The position numbers and the translations under genes are program-made. This document shows positions 8,879 to 16,726 of a DNA stretch of 42,059 nucleotides, piece after piece. Source of the stretch: Escherichia phage HHU8; sequence record PQ641135; one strand, written 5' to 3'. A model generated the notes under the pieces. That model had not been told where the DNA came from. It worked only from the letters and a program-made list of their open reading frames with translations, and ran no database searches. Each line of letters starts with the position of its first letter. The first letter of the stretch is position 1.

Positions 8879-11323
8879 TTAAATTCTCCGTACTCTGTTG
8901 TAAAACTTAACCAAGTACCCCAATGATTGGAGGTTAAAGTCGCCAGCGGTGGTGGACTCGAACGTTATGCTGCTTGATTCCACTTCCATACCGACCCGTA
9001 TTTTCAAGTGCGCACGTGCAGCAAGCATGGCAGAGGTCAGCCCAAGCTCCTCACTGGTATAACTTATGGAGCTAAATTCCTCTCCGGTGTACACGCTTCC
9101 GCCTCTGTCTTCTGCGGTCACAGTGAATGGACTAGTGTATCGCAGGGTTAAGGTGTAGAACTGCACCATCAGTTTATCCACTTCCATATAGGAACCGTCT
9201 TGGTTGAACATACGCGGCGGCGTGGGGCTGAACTGGGACTTGAAGCGGATACCTACGAACAGGTTTGAGTTGCCATAAGTCGGTTGCAGGTAAAGCCTGC
9301 GGTTGGCGGTGTCTATGGACTTGACACCTACCTCGGCACCTATCCACTGACCAGTACCAACCACGCAAGCTACGAAGTCGAGGTTACCTTCAACAGTGTG
9401 TTTACCAACTATGACATCCCACAGACCAGATTCTGCACCAGTTGACTGAAACTGTATGTAGGCTGAATCAGTAGTAGGAGCGATAACAGGCATGTACTGC
9501 CCGTAGTCTATAGCTGGCAGGAACCGCGCGGGGTCAACTGGATTGGGGCTGTCGCGCATGGACAGGGTGAGCACGTGCATATGTCCGCTCTGCTCTATCA
9601 GCACTACCAGAACCTCGCGCACAAACCATGCTGCATGTATAGTCCCGTACAGTTCCCACTTATGCCAAGAAGACATTACCTTTTCGTCGCCAGACCACAG
9701 GTACTCATTGATGTACAGAGTCGAGCGCTCTGTCGTTGAGCCGAACACTACAATGTTATTTGTGGTACTTGCGGATATGTAGCTGTTAGCCCCTTCCAGA
9801 TAGGTGGGTAGGTGGTCTGTTACGTCCTGACTCACATACTGCAAATCAGTGTAGCCTGACGGAACCATTTCCTTTATGGAGAATGAGCTATTGGAGCGCG
9901 GGTACGAGTAATACAGGCTGCGGCCAGATGTACTAGGCGGCACTCTGGTGTCCATCTGGTACGTGGAAGTAAGCACCGCCGTCGCATTGTTAGGCGTGAT
10001 AATCTGGTTGCGTCCGGGCACTATGGCTTGGTGTTCTTCACTGGCCAGTATCAGGTCAGAGTTGAACGGTACGCCATAGCGGAAGGAAGCACCAGCGAAA
10101 CTTGAGGCAGTAAACTCTATCCTATCATCGTCCAGAACCTGAGTAACCGTAGTCCTAAAGAAATTAGTCCTATCGTCCTTGTTGCTAGACCCCATTGTTA
10201 TGTATGGGCCACTAAATATGATGAGCCTACCTTGGAAAGATGACAGCCCTGTTATACCAACACCGTCTGCATCGGTGAATGCAGGCACTGAGTTCGTAAC
10301 ATCGTCCCCGGCCAACCGTCCCGGCCAACTACCTTGCGCGAATGTATGTTGGTTATGTGCGGCAGTGGTGCGGAACAGCAGCGGCATTGTACTTGGGTCT
10401 ATACCAGTAGGGGAACCATAAGCCCCCCGCTCAACCCAGCGGGAATCACTGTAGCTCCACTGGAAGTATTGAGCAAAGCTCGCGTCACCTACAGTCATCA
10501 CGAAGCCGTCAGCCTGCACAGGCAGTCTGGCTGGGAGCTTTGTAGTCAAGTCAACAGTGTGGCTGTTCGACGCGACAGCGTATGTGCTACCAGTATTGGT
10601 GGACACGTTCAAACTAGGATATGCAGCAGACGTTTGCAGGTACATGTACGCACCATCAGTCTGCACTACCTCAAGACCAGTATCGCCGCCAATCTGCGCA
10701 CTGAGTTGCGAGGCAAGCTGACTGATAATGTGTTCAGGAGTGGACTGGGCCGCAGCACCAGTTTCAGAGCTATCTGGCGTTGTGTATGTTGCGGAGTATG
10801 CGCCGCCGCTTGTCTCAACTTTGCACGTGTATTGTTTCCCATATGCACCAGCCAACACAAAGTAGTAGCCCCTACGGGCTGGGTTCATACGAGTATCGTT
10901 TTCCAGAAGCACTGGCATCCTTGAGCAGTTGGCCACATACATCGTACTACCGACTGTGGTGAACACGATATCTTCTGGATTGTCTGCAATCAAGTAGTTA
11001 GATTGGCCCATGTACTGCACGGTGTCGGCCTCTACCACCGACGTGACGTAGCCAGTTAGTGTGTTGACTAGGAATGTGGTTACACCCCACCCTAGGTTAG
11101 TTGTATAAAAGCGTATGTGGCCGAAGTTACCAAGGCTCCACTGAGCAGCACTGTCGGCATCAGCCAGTTGCAGTAATCGTGTGCCGGGTCGCTTTCTCAG
11201 GCCACGCACAGTGTCTGAGGTCATATTGACCTGCTTCTCTACTTGGGTTAGTTGGCGGTCAGTATATATCTGCTCGCTTACCCCACCGAGAACGGATTTG
11301 TAGTTGCCTTGGTATACGGACAT
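8879..11323 (-). CDS. tail tubular protein B (T7 gp12-like)
   Basis: 814-aa ORF; N-terminus (LGGVSEQ...GLRKRPG) resembles the T7 gp12 N-terminus (GGISQQ...GLQKRPP); ATG at 11321-11323 preceded by GGAGG. Confidence 0.8.
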   Translation of the reverse strand: MSVYQGNYKSVLGGVSEQIYTDRQLTQVEKQVNMTSDTVRGLRKRPGTRLLQLADADSAAQWSLGNFGHIRFYTTNLGWGVTTFLVNTLTGYVTSVVEADTVQYMGQSNYLIADNPEDIVFTTVGSTMYVANCSRMPVLLENDTRMNPARRGYYFVLAGAYGKQYTCKVETSGGAYSATYTTPDSSETGAAAQSTPEHIISQLASQLSAQIGGDTGLEVVQTDGAYMYLQTSAAYPSLNVSTNTGSTYAVASNSHTVDLTTKLPARLPVQADGFVMTVGDASFAQYFQWSYSDSRWVERGAYGSPTGIDPSTMPLLFRTTAAHNQHTFAQGSWPGRLAGDDVTNSVPAFTDADGVGITGLSSFQGRLIIFSGPYITMGSSNKDDRTNFFRTTVTQVLDDDRIEFTASSFAGASFRYGVPFNSDLILASEEHQAIVPGRNQIITPNNATAVLTSTYQMDTRVPPSTSGRSLYYSYPRSNSSFSIKEMVPSGYTDLQYVSQDVTDHLPTYLEGANSYISASTTNNIVVFGSTTERSTLYINEYLWSGDEKVMSSWHKWELYGTIHAAWFVREVLVVLIEQSGHMHVLTLSMRDSPNPVDPARFLPAIDYGQYMPVIAPTTDSAYIQFQSTGAESGLWDVIVGKHTVEGNLDFVACVVGTGQWIGAEVGVKSIDTANRRLYLQPTYGNSNLFVGIRFKSQFSPTPPRMFNQDGSYMEVDKLMVQFYTLTLRYTSPFTVTAEDRGGSVYTGEEFSSISYTSEELGLTSAMLAARAHLKIRVGMEVESSSITFESTTAGDFNLQSLGYLVKFYNRVRRI

Positions 11324-11929
11324 TTATCCTCCCCGCGCCGACTCATAGCGCCGCCAGCTCTGACGCTGACGGGCATTGAACTTTCTCTGACGTATGTGCA
11401 TACTCTGACATTGCTGTAGTGCAATAGCATACCCCGTGGCGACGCTGGCAGGGGCATTGTCGCCCACGTCATCCGCATACGCCATCATAGCTGCTTGATA
11501 AGCAATCATTCTTTGTACAGCGTTAGGCAGGTCATCCCAATCTACGTCATATGTAACTAAGCCCGGAACATCCTCAGTAAAAACAAAGGATTTGGCCTTT
11601 GCGTTGTAAAGATACCCACCTCGCGTGATACATTCGAAACCATCAGGTACGAACGCCAGCGCGTCTGCGGGATATGGGACACGTCCATCGCTCTCACGGT
11701 TGACCGTGATACGGATGTTGTTGAACCACCACCCCTCGTTGAGAACGGCCTGCCGAGACTCATCAATCTTGTCTAACGCAAGCGTTACCGATGGGTGTCG
11801 TATTTCCGTAGAGGATACGGTGTGTTCAGATAGTGCCCGAAGAACAATGTTAACTGCTTCGAGTAAAGTCATAGAACCCCCAGTGATAATCATAGAAGCC
11901 CCTCTTGCGAAGGGCTTCGAGTTTACCAT
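11324..11929 (-). CDS. tail tubular protein A (T7 gp11-like)
   Basis: 201-aa ORF between capsid and tail tubular B; ATG at 11927-11929 overlaps the capsid stop. Call based on size and synteny. Confidence 0.65.
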   Translation of the reverse strand: MVNSKPFARGASMIITGGSMTLLEAVNIVLRALSEHTVSSTEIRHPSVTLALDKIDESRQAVLNEGWWFNNIRITVNRESDGRVPYPADALAFVPDGFECITRGGYLYNAKAKSFVFTEDVPGLVTYDVDWDDLPNAVQRMIAYQAAMMAYADDVGDNAPASVATGYAIALQQCQSMHIRQRKFNARQRQSWRRYESARGG

Positions 11930-12921
11930 TAGGTCTCGGTAGTGACGACTGCCACCACGTCTGGACGACGCTGGCCCACGGTGTACATGTGGAAGCTATC
12001 CAGAACGTTGGTCAGTTCACGTTCGTCATCCCATACGCGGTTGAACAGCGGCTGGGCTTCGACAGTGACCAGAGCCAGAGACGGGTCGAAGATAATCATC
12101 TTGCGCTGAATCTCGTCGGCAGTGACGTTGAAGTCAGGGCCGAGGATGTGGTCAGTGATTGCCGCCTGCGGGAACGCGTTGCTCTCGATGATACGGATAC
12201 CGTTCACGTAAGCCACACGGCGCATTGCGAAGTCGTTGACACCACGGCCACCAGTGAACTCAACGTTCATCAGTTTCTTGTGCTCCAGCAGAATGCTGAA
12301 CCACGCCGGGTCAATCAGCGTAACCAGACGGCCAAGGTCAGCGTCGCGGCGAATGAACGCCTCGATAGCTTTCTTGTGGCCATGTACCAGCGCAGACGCG
12401 TCATCTTCCTCAGATGCCACGGTGCCAGTCAGAGTGACCTGCTCCTTGATACCTGCGTTGAACGCGCCAGCCAGAGAAGCCGGAGGCACGAAGTCAGCAG
12501 ACTTCTGGAGCTGGATGACGTGCGCTTGGTCGAACGCCTTAGCCTGAGCAGTGCCCATGTTACGGGTCAGCTCGGCACGGAAGTCCGGCGCAGTCCAGTC
12601 GTCCTGATAGTCAATCGGGATACGGATGTAGGACACGGTATCCACAGTGACAATCAGTTTCTCAGAGCGAACAGGCTGGTTGTCCAGCGCCTCGCCAGAG
12701 CGACGACCTTTAACAGTCACGGAGCCGAGACGGTCGCCACGCCAAGTGTTGGACTGGTTAGCCACAGACTTGAAGTTGGTCAGACCGGAACGGAAGATGG
12801 AGTTGTAAATGAACTGGGTCTGCACGTCACGGTCATACACCTCAAGGTGAATGTCGTTGTCAGAGTTCGCGCCACCCCAGTGTGGACGGAACTGGTTCGG
12901 GGTATAAGCGTTATCAGCCAT
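11929..12921 (-). CDS. major capsid protein (T7 gp10-like)
   Basis: 330-aa ORF following the scaffolding gene; ATG at 12919-12921 preceded by AAGGA. Size and position fit the T7-like major capsid protein. Confidence 0.75.
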   Translation of the reverse strand: MADNAYTPNQFRPHWGGANSDNDIHLEVYDRDVQTQFIYNSIFRSGLTNFKSVANQSNTWRGDRLGSVTVKGRRSGEALDNQPVRSEKLIVTVDTVSYIRIPIDYQDDWTAPDFRAELTRNMGTAQAKAFDQAHVIQLQKSADFVPPASLAGAFNAGIKEQVTLTGTVASEEDDASALVHGHKKAIEAFIRRDADLGRLVTLIDPAWFSILLEHKKLMNVEFTGGRGVNDFAMRRVAYVNGIRIIESNAFPQAAITDHILGPDFNVTADEIQRKMIIFDPSLALVTVEAQPLFNRVWDDERELTNVLDSFHMYTVGQRRPDVVAVVTTET

Positions 12922-12941
12922 GAGAAATCCTTACGAAGAAA

Positions 12942-14171
12942 TTAGTAACCTTGAGCTTTAGCCTGACGGCGCTGCTCTACCAGTACGGCGTAATGCTTGT
13001 TGTATTCCGGGGAACCAACAGGATGCGCCTGCTCAAGCCAGCCAAGATGCTGACGGAATGCCTCGTTGGTCATAACTTCACGAGGTGCTTGACCGCCACC
13101 ATTAGGCGTCAAAGTTTGTCCAGAGCGCTGAATCAAGTTCCCTGCGGAACCAGCGAACTGGAGAATGGTGTTCACTGCCAGACGTACCTGATTAGGGTCG
13201 CCGGAGTTAACAGCCGCAACAACAGCATCAATAGTGCCCTTGTCAGCAGCAGTATTGAATGCCTGTACAGCCAGACCCCATCGTTCCTCGCCGCCAGCCA
13301 TCTGGTAAACCTGCTGCTCGATTGCAGCGTCGCGCTGCTGACCAGCCGCAACCAGTGCGCCGAATTGACCTTTGAGGATTGATACAGTCTGAGGGTCGAA
13401 CTGAGCCAGATAGCGGTCGTTCACCAGAGACGGGTCACGACGCTCGTAGGCAGAACCGAACGCTGCGAGCAGGTCGATGTTCTGGCCACGGGCAATGGTG
13501 TCCATGCCTTGGAATACGGCGCGACTGGTATCGTCCGGGAAAATCTGAGCAACCTGCTCTGCGGTCAGACCACCTTCCTGAGTCGCCAGTTTCTCAGCCG
13601 TGAGGTTGGGATTCTGGAACTGCTGCGGAGGCTGGCCCGGCTGCTGCGGCTGCAACTGTTGGAAAGGCTGCGGCTGCTGCTGGGGCTGCGGTGCCTGCGG
13701 CTGGCCCGGCTGACGACCATACGGGTCGAAAGCATAAGGCTGTGGAGCTACAGGGTTCTGGAACTGCTGTGCCGGGGCCGCTTGGCCCGGTGGCGTTGCG
13801 CCCGGATTCTGATACCCATTAACCGGAATAGGTGGTGCCGCAAACGGAGAGGTCTGCTGCGGAGCACCATACGGGTTCTGCTGAGGTACGGGTGCGTAAG
13901 GACTTGGATTTCCCTGTTGGGGCTGTGCATACGGGTTGTGCTCCTGTGCAGGAATCAGGCCCGGCTGCTGTCCGAACGGCTGCACTGGCTGCGGGGTAGC
14001 GCCACCGCGAGGTAACTCGATAGGCGTACCCAGTCGGCCTAGCGCTGGGTTCTGTACCACCTGTGGGCTTCCACCATAATCATTACCGCCGTGACCAGAG
14101 GGAGCATAGGTCGGGCCAGCGGGTACGTTTTGGGGAGCGGGTGCGGCAGTAGGTTGGGATTCACCAAACAT
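12942..14171 (-). CDS. scaffolding protein with a Pro/Gln-rich low-complexity N-terminal half
   Basis: 409-aa ORF between portal and capsid; ATG at 14169-14171 preceded by GGAGAA. The first ~190 aa are extremely P/Q/G-rich (e.g. QPQAPQPQQQPQPFQQLQPQQPGQPPQQFQNP). Confidence 0.6.
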   Translation of the reverse strand: MFGESQPTAAPAPQNVPAGPTYAPSGHGGNDYGGSPQVVQNPALGRLGTPIELPRGGATPQPVQPFGQQPGLIPAQEHNPYAQPQQGNPSPYAPVPQQNPYGAPQQTSPFAAPPIPVNGYQNPGATPPGQAAPAQQFQNPVAPQPYAFDPYGRQPGQPQAPQPQQQPQPFQQLQPQQPGQPPQQFQNPNLTAEKLATQEGGLTAEQVAQIFPDDTSRAVFQGMDTIARGQNIDLLAAFGSAYERRDPSLVNDRYLAQFDPQTVSILKGQFGALVAAGQQRDAAIEQQVYQMAGGEERWGLAVQAFNTAADKGTIDAVVAAVNSGDPNQVRLAVNTILQFAGSAGNLIQRSGQTLTPNGGGQAPREVMTNEAFRQHLGWLEQAHPVGSPEYNKHYAVLVEQRRQAKAQGY

Positions 14172-14181
14172 GTATTCTCCA

Positions 14182-15747
14182 TTAAATCTGTGCGATGTTA
14201 GGCGCTACATCAACTGCGCCCGGCTGTACGCCAGCGGCGGCAGCGGCTGCATTGTCGATGGCCTGACCTTCTTGGGCCAAGTCTTGTGGCGACTTACGGT
14301 AGTCGTCCAGCGCAACACCATTGGAGGCAAAGATAACCTCAAGGACTTTCTGAGGGTCGATGGTGTTAGCAACGCCATTAATATTCTGGACAGCAACCAT
14401 TGCTGCCTGCGAGTCGGATAGCGCTCTGATAAGCGTCTCAGCTTCAATGCTTCGACCGAGGGCATCCAAGCCTGCTTCGACTTGAAGCGACAGGATGTTG
14501 CCGACGATATCTGGTACGGTGGACTCGTCAATCTCCGCGAGCAGGACATACGCCAGAGGAATTTGGAGGGTCTTAGCCTGCATTGAGTACGGCCCACCCA
14601 GCCCACGCTCGGCGCTGGTTGCTACCTGCTGCACTTCGGTGGCGGTGGTACGTTCGGAGTCACGGAACTCGCCAGTGTACATGAAGGCTTGCGCCAGTCG
14701 CTGCACAATCTGGTTGATTTCGTCACGGGCCTGTTGAACTTTCTGGTAATCCCCGACCTCCAGCCCCGACAACGTGGTGCCGTTCTGGAGTGGAATGACC
14801 TGACCAGTCTCTGCGCTCTCAATGTCATCGACGTTGCCGCCAGAACCAGTGAGCATCCACAGCACGCGCAACGCTTCCTGCATGTACAGAGCAGAATGCT
14901 CAGACAGGAGCGACAGACGTGCGAAATCCCCAGCGTGGTCTTCGACAATCCCGCGACCGTAATGCTCGCCAGACTTCAAAGACCACACTGGGAATAACCA
15001 TGGGCAGACTTTTTCAGGGTAGTAATCTTTACCGGGGGTATAGACGCAGCCTTGGTAGTTGCCAATCTGCTGCGTTACTTCGTAGCCGTAGTTGCCACTG
15101 TCCTTCTGAACGCGAAGGACACGGGTGTACAGCCACACGCGTTTGTTCCCACCGCAGCGGAAGCCTTTGGAGTTCAGCTCATTCTGAAAATCCTTCGGCA
15201 GAGAATCCCACTGGATGCGCTCCTTGATGACGGCATCCACCACAACGCCACGACCGTCGCGCTGCACCACGAAGGATTCCAATCCGTACACTCGGTACGA
15301 ACCAGTCTCCATATCGCGGTACAGCGCGGCGTTTCCGGTCACAGCTTGCTGGGCAATGCACTGGAGCAGGTCAGCGTAGCCGCCATTCTCTTTGGCTTTG
15401 TCTACGATGGCCTTCTCAATAGTGATAAGCGCCTGATTAACTTGTGACATAGACTGCCGCTGTTGGTCAGACACCTTGTTTAATTTCAGCTTCACGAATC
15501 GTGCGGAAGCCGGGAACAGGAACTCACCTAACCTAGCGGTCAGGTTGTTGACGAGCAGAGCGCCGACAGACTGGTAATCACGAGTAATCTGCTGGCGGTT
15601 CATGTCGTCCACATCACTGCGGTCATACTCGCTCACCAGCTTAGCCAGTGTGTAGCGGCTGTATTCCCGCGCTTTCGTGACAACGTTGCTATCCCGGTAC
15701 TTCTGCCACAGAGACTCATAGCTGACGTTCTGCGCGTCTTGAGTCAT
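14182..15747 (-). CDS. portal (head-tail connector) protein, T7 gp8-like
   Basis: 521-aa ORF at the head of the structural module; ATG at 15745-15747. Size and position match the podovirus portal. Confidence 0.75.
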   Translation of the reverse strand: MTQDAQNVSYESLWQKYRDSNVVTKAREYSRYTLAKLVSEYDRSDVDDMNRQQITRDYQSVGALLVNNLTARLGEFLFPASARFVKLKLNKVSDQQRQSMSQVNQALITIEKAIVDKAKENGGYADLLQCIAQQAVTGNAALYRDMETGSYRVYGLESFVVQRDGRGVVVDAVIKERIQWDSLPKDFQNELNSKGFRCGGNKRVWLYTRVLRVQKDSGNYGYEVTQQIGNYQGCVYTPGKDYYPEKVCPWLFPVWSLKSGEHYGRGIVEDHAGDFARLSLLSEHSALYMQEALRVLWMLTGSGGNVDDIESAETGQVIPLQNGTTLSGLEVGDYQKVQQARDEINQIVQRLAQAFMYTGEFRDSERTTATEVQQVATSAERGLGGPYSMQAKTLQIPLAYVLLAEIDESTVPDIVGNILSLQVEAGLDALGRSIEAETLIRALSDSQAAMVAVQNINGVANTIDPQKVLEVIFASNGVALDDYRKSPQDLAQEGQAIDNAAAAAAGVQPGAVDVAPNIAQI

Positions 15748-15749
15748 GC

Positions 15750-16010
15750 TTAGCTCCCAATGCCGAGGTTACTTGCCACACCAGTTCCGGTACGGCGGCG
15801 GCGACCACCCAGTGTGTCAGAGGCCGAGCTTACTTGGCCACCTGCCTGAATGGTTGGGGTGTTCTCACCAGCGAGGTCGGCTGCAAGGTTAGCTTGCATG
15901 GTTTCTGCCTTGACCTGCGCCGGGTCAGTCTTGATAGTGTACTGCGGCTTTTGGCTACCCAGTCCGAAGACGGAGCCAATGCCCTTGAATACTTTGCCTA
16001 CGCTACCCAT
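15750..16010 (-). CDS. small Gly-rich protein, possible virion protein
   Basis: 86-aa ORF; ATG at 16008-16010 preceded by GGAGAA; Gly-rich N-terminus (GSVGKVFKGIGSVFGLGS); immediately upstream of the portal gene. Confidence 0.4.
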   Translation of the reverse strand: MGSVGKVFKGIGSVFGLGSQKPQYTIKTDPAQVKAETMQANLAADLAGENTPTIQAGGQVSSASDTLGGRRRRTGTGVASNLGIGS

Positions 16011-16429
16011 TACGGTTTCTCCAAATCAATGAAGCGGTACTCCTGAACGTAAGGCCGCACCATATGGGAGTAACCGCACCAACGCACACCCGCTGAACGG
16101 GCCACGTCTTTGAGTACACGGAGGATGGCACGCATCACTCCACGGTTTCTGTACTGGGGCCAGACGTATGAGGCCATAACGACCACCATCTCACCCACAT
16201 GAATATCGAATAACCTGCCGATGTGAGCAACAGCCATGAGGCTGCCGTCATCGTCAGTGATGTAAACGTCAACGCAGCCGGAGGCGGTGGCCTCGTACAT
16301 GCTGTCAACAATCACATCGGGAGATAGGTCTGACCATGGCCGCTCAGCTTGAATGCCCTCGGCCACAGCACGGCGAATGTCGAGTGGCATCGTCGTGTGT
16401 GATGTATTTCCCATAGTAGACACTTTCAT
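16010..16429 (-). CDS. putative GNAT-family N-acetyltransferase
   Basis: 139-aa ORF; contains an R-x-x-G-x-G/A acetyl-CoA-binding-like motif (RNRGVMRAIL) followed by an amphipathic helix, as in GNAT motif A. Its ATG (16427-16429) lies inside a copy of the 21-bp ATGAAAGTGTCTA motif. Confidence 0.4.
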   Translation of the reverse strand: MKVSTMGNTSHTTMPLDIRRAVAEGIQAERPWSDLSPDVIVDSMYEATASGCVDVYITDDDGSLMAVAHIGRLFDIHVGEMVVVMASYVWPQYRNRGVMRAILRVLKDVARSAGVRWCGYSHMVRPYVQEYRFIDLEKP

Positions 16430-16430
16430 T

Positions 16431-16616
16431 TCAAATCACTCTTTCTCTGATGAAATCCAGAACGTCTTGCTTACCAGCCTCTCTGTTAATCAGAGGTAGG
16501 TTAGTGTCGGGAGTGACTGTCTTACCTACCTGAGACCATGTACCGAAGTGCTTCTCCAGTAGAGCTATCTGTGCTTTAGTGAACTGAACTCTTTCAAGCG
16601 TAGATTCTTTACCCAT
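16431..16616 (-). CDS. hypothetical protein
   Basis: 61 aa from the ATG at 16614-16616, which is preceded by GAGAGGA; the longer track ORF would begin at a TTG. Confidence 0.4.
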   Translation of the reverse strand: MGKESTLERVQFTKAQIALLEKHFGTWSQVGKTVTPDTNLPLINREAGKQDVLDFIRERVI

Positions 16617-16677
16617 ACAATCCTCTCTTAGTGGCAGCAACCCCCGCCACTGACGGGGCTACCGGTAGCGTGATATC

Positions 16678-16698
16678 TATCACTATAGACACTTTCAT
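16678..16698 (+). promoter_or_regulatory. second copy of the 21-bp promoter-like element (plus strand TATCACTATAGACACTTTCAT) with an adjacent 14-bp palindrome, between the RNA polymerase gene and the late genes
   Basis: Plus strand 16670-16683 GTGATATCTATCAC is a palindrome; 16678-16698 is identical to the minus-strand sequence at 37488-37508. Lies in the 110-nt gap after the RNA polymerase stop. Orientation of function is ambiguous. Confidence 0.4.
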
Positions 16699-16726
16699 TT
16701 AAGTCAATGATACATATCACTATTTA

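Noticed and set aside
11905-12945. 346-aa plus-strand ORF, and other long plus-strand ORFs such as 3384-4316, 5717-6502, 6668-7447, 10334-10924 and 40930-41598
   Set aside because: All lie antisense to long, well-supported minus-strand genes, lack convincing SD/ATG contexts, and show no recognisable protein motifs; most likely frame artefacts of a GC-rich genome.
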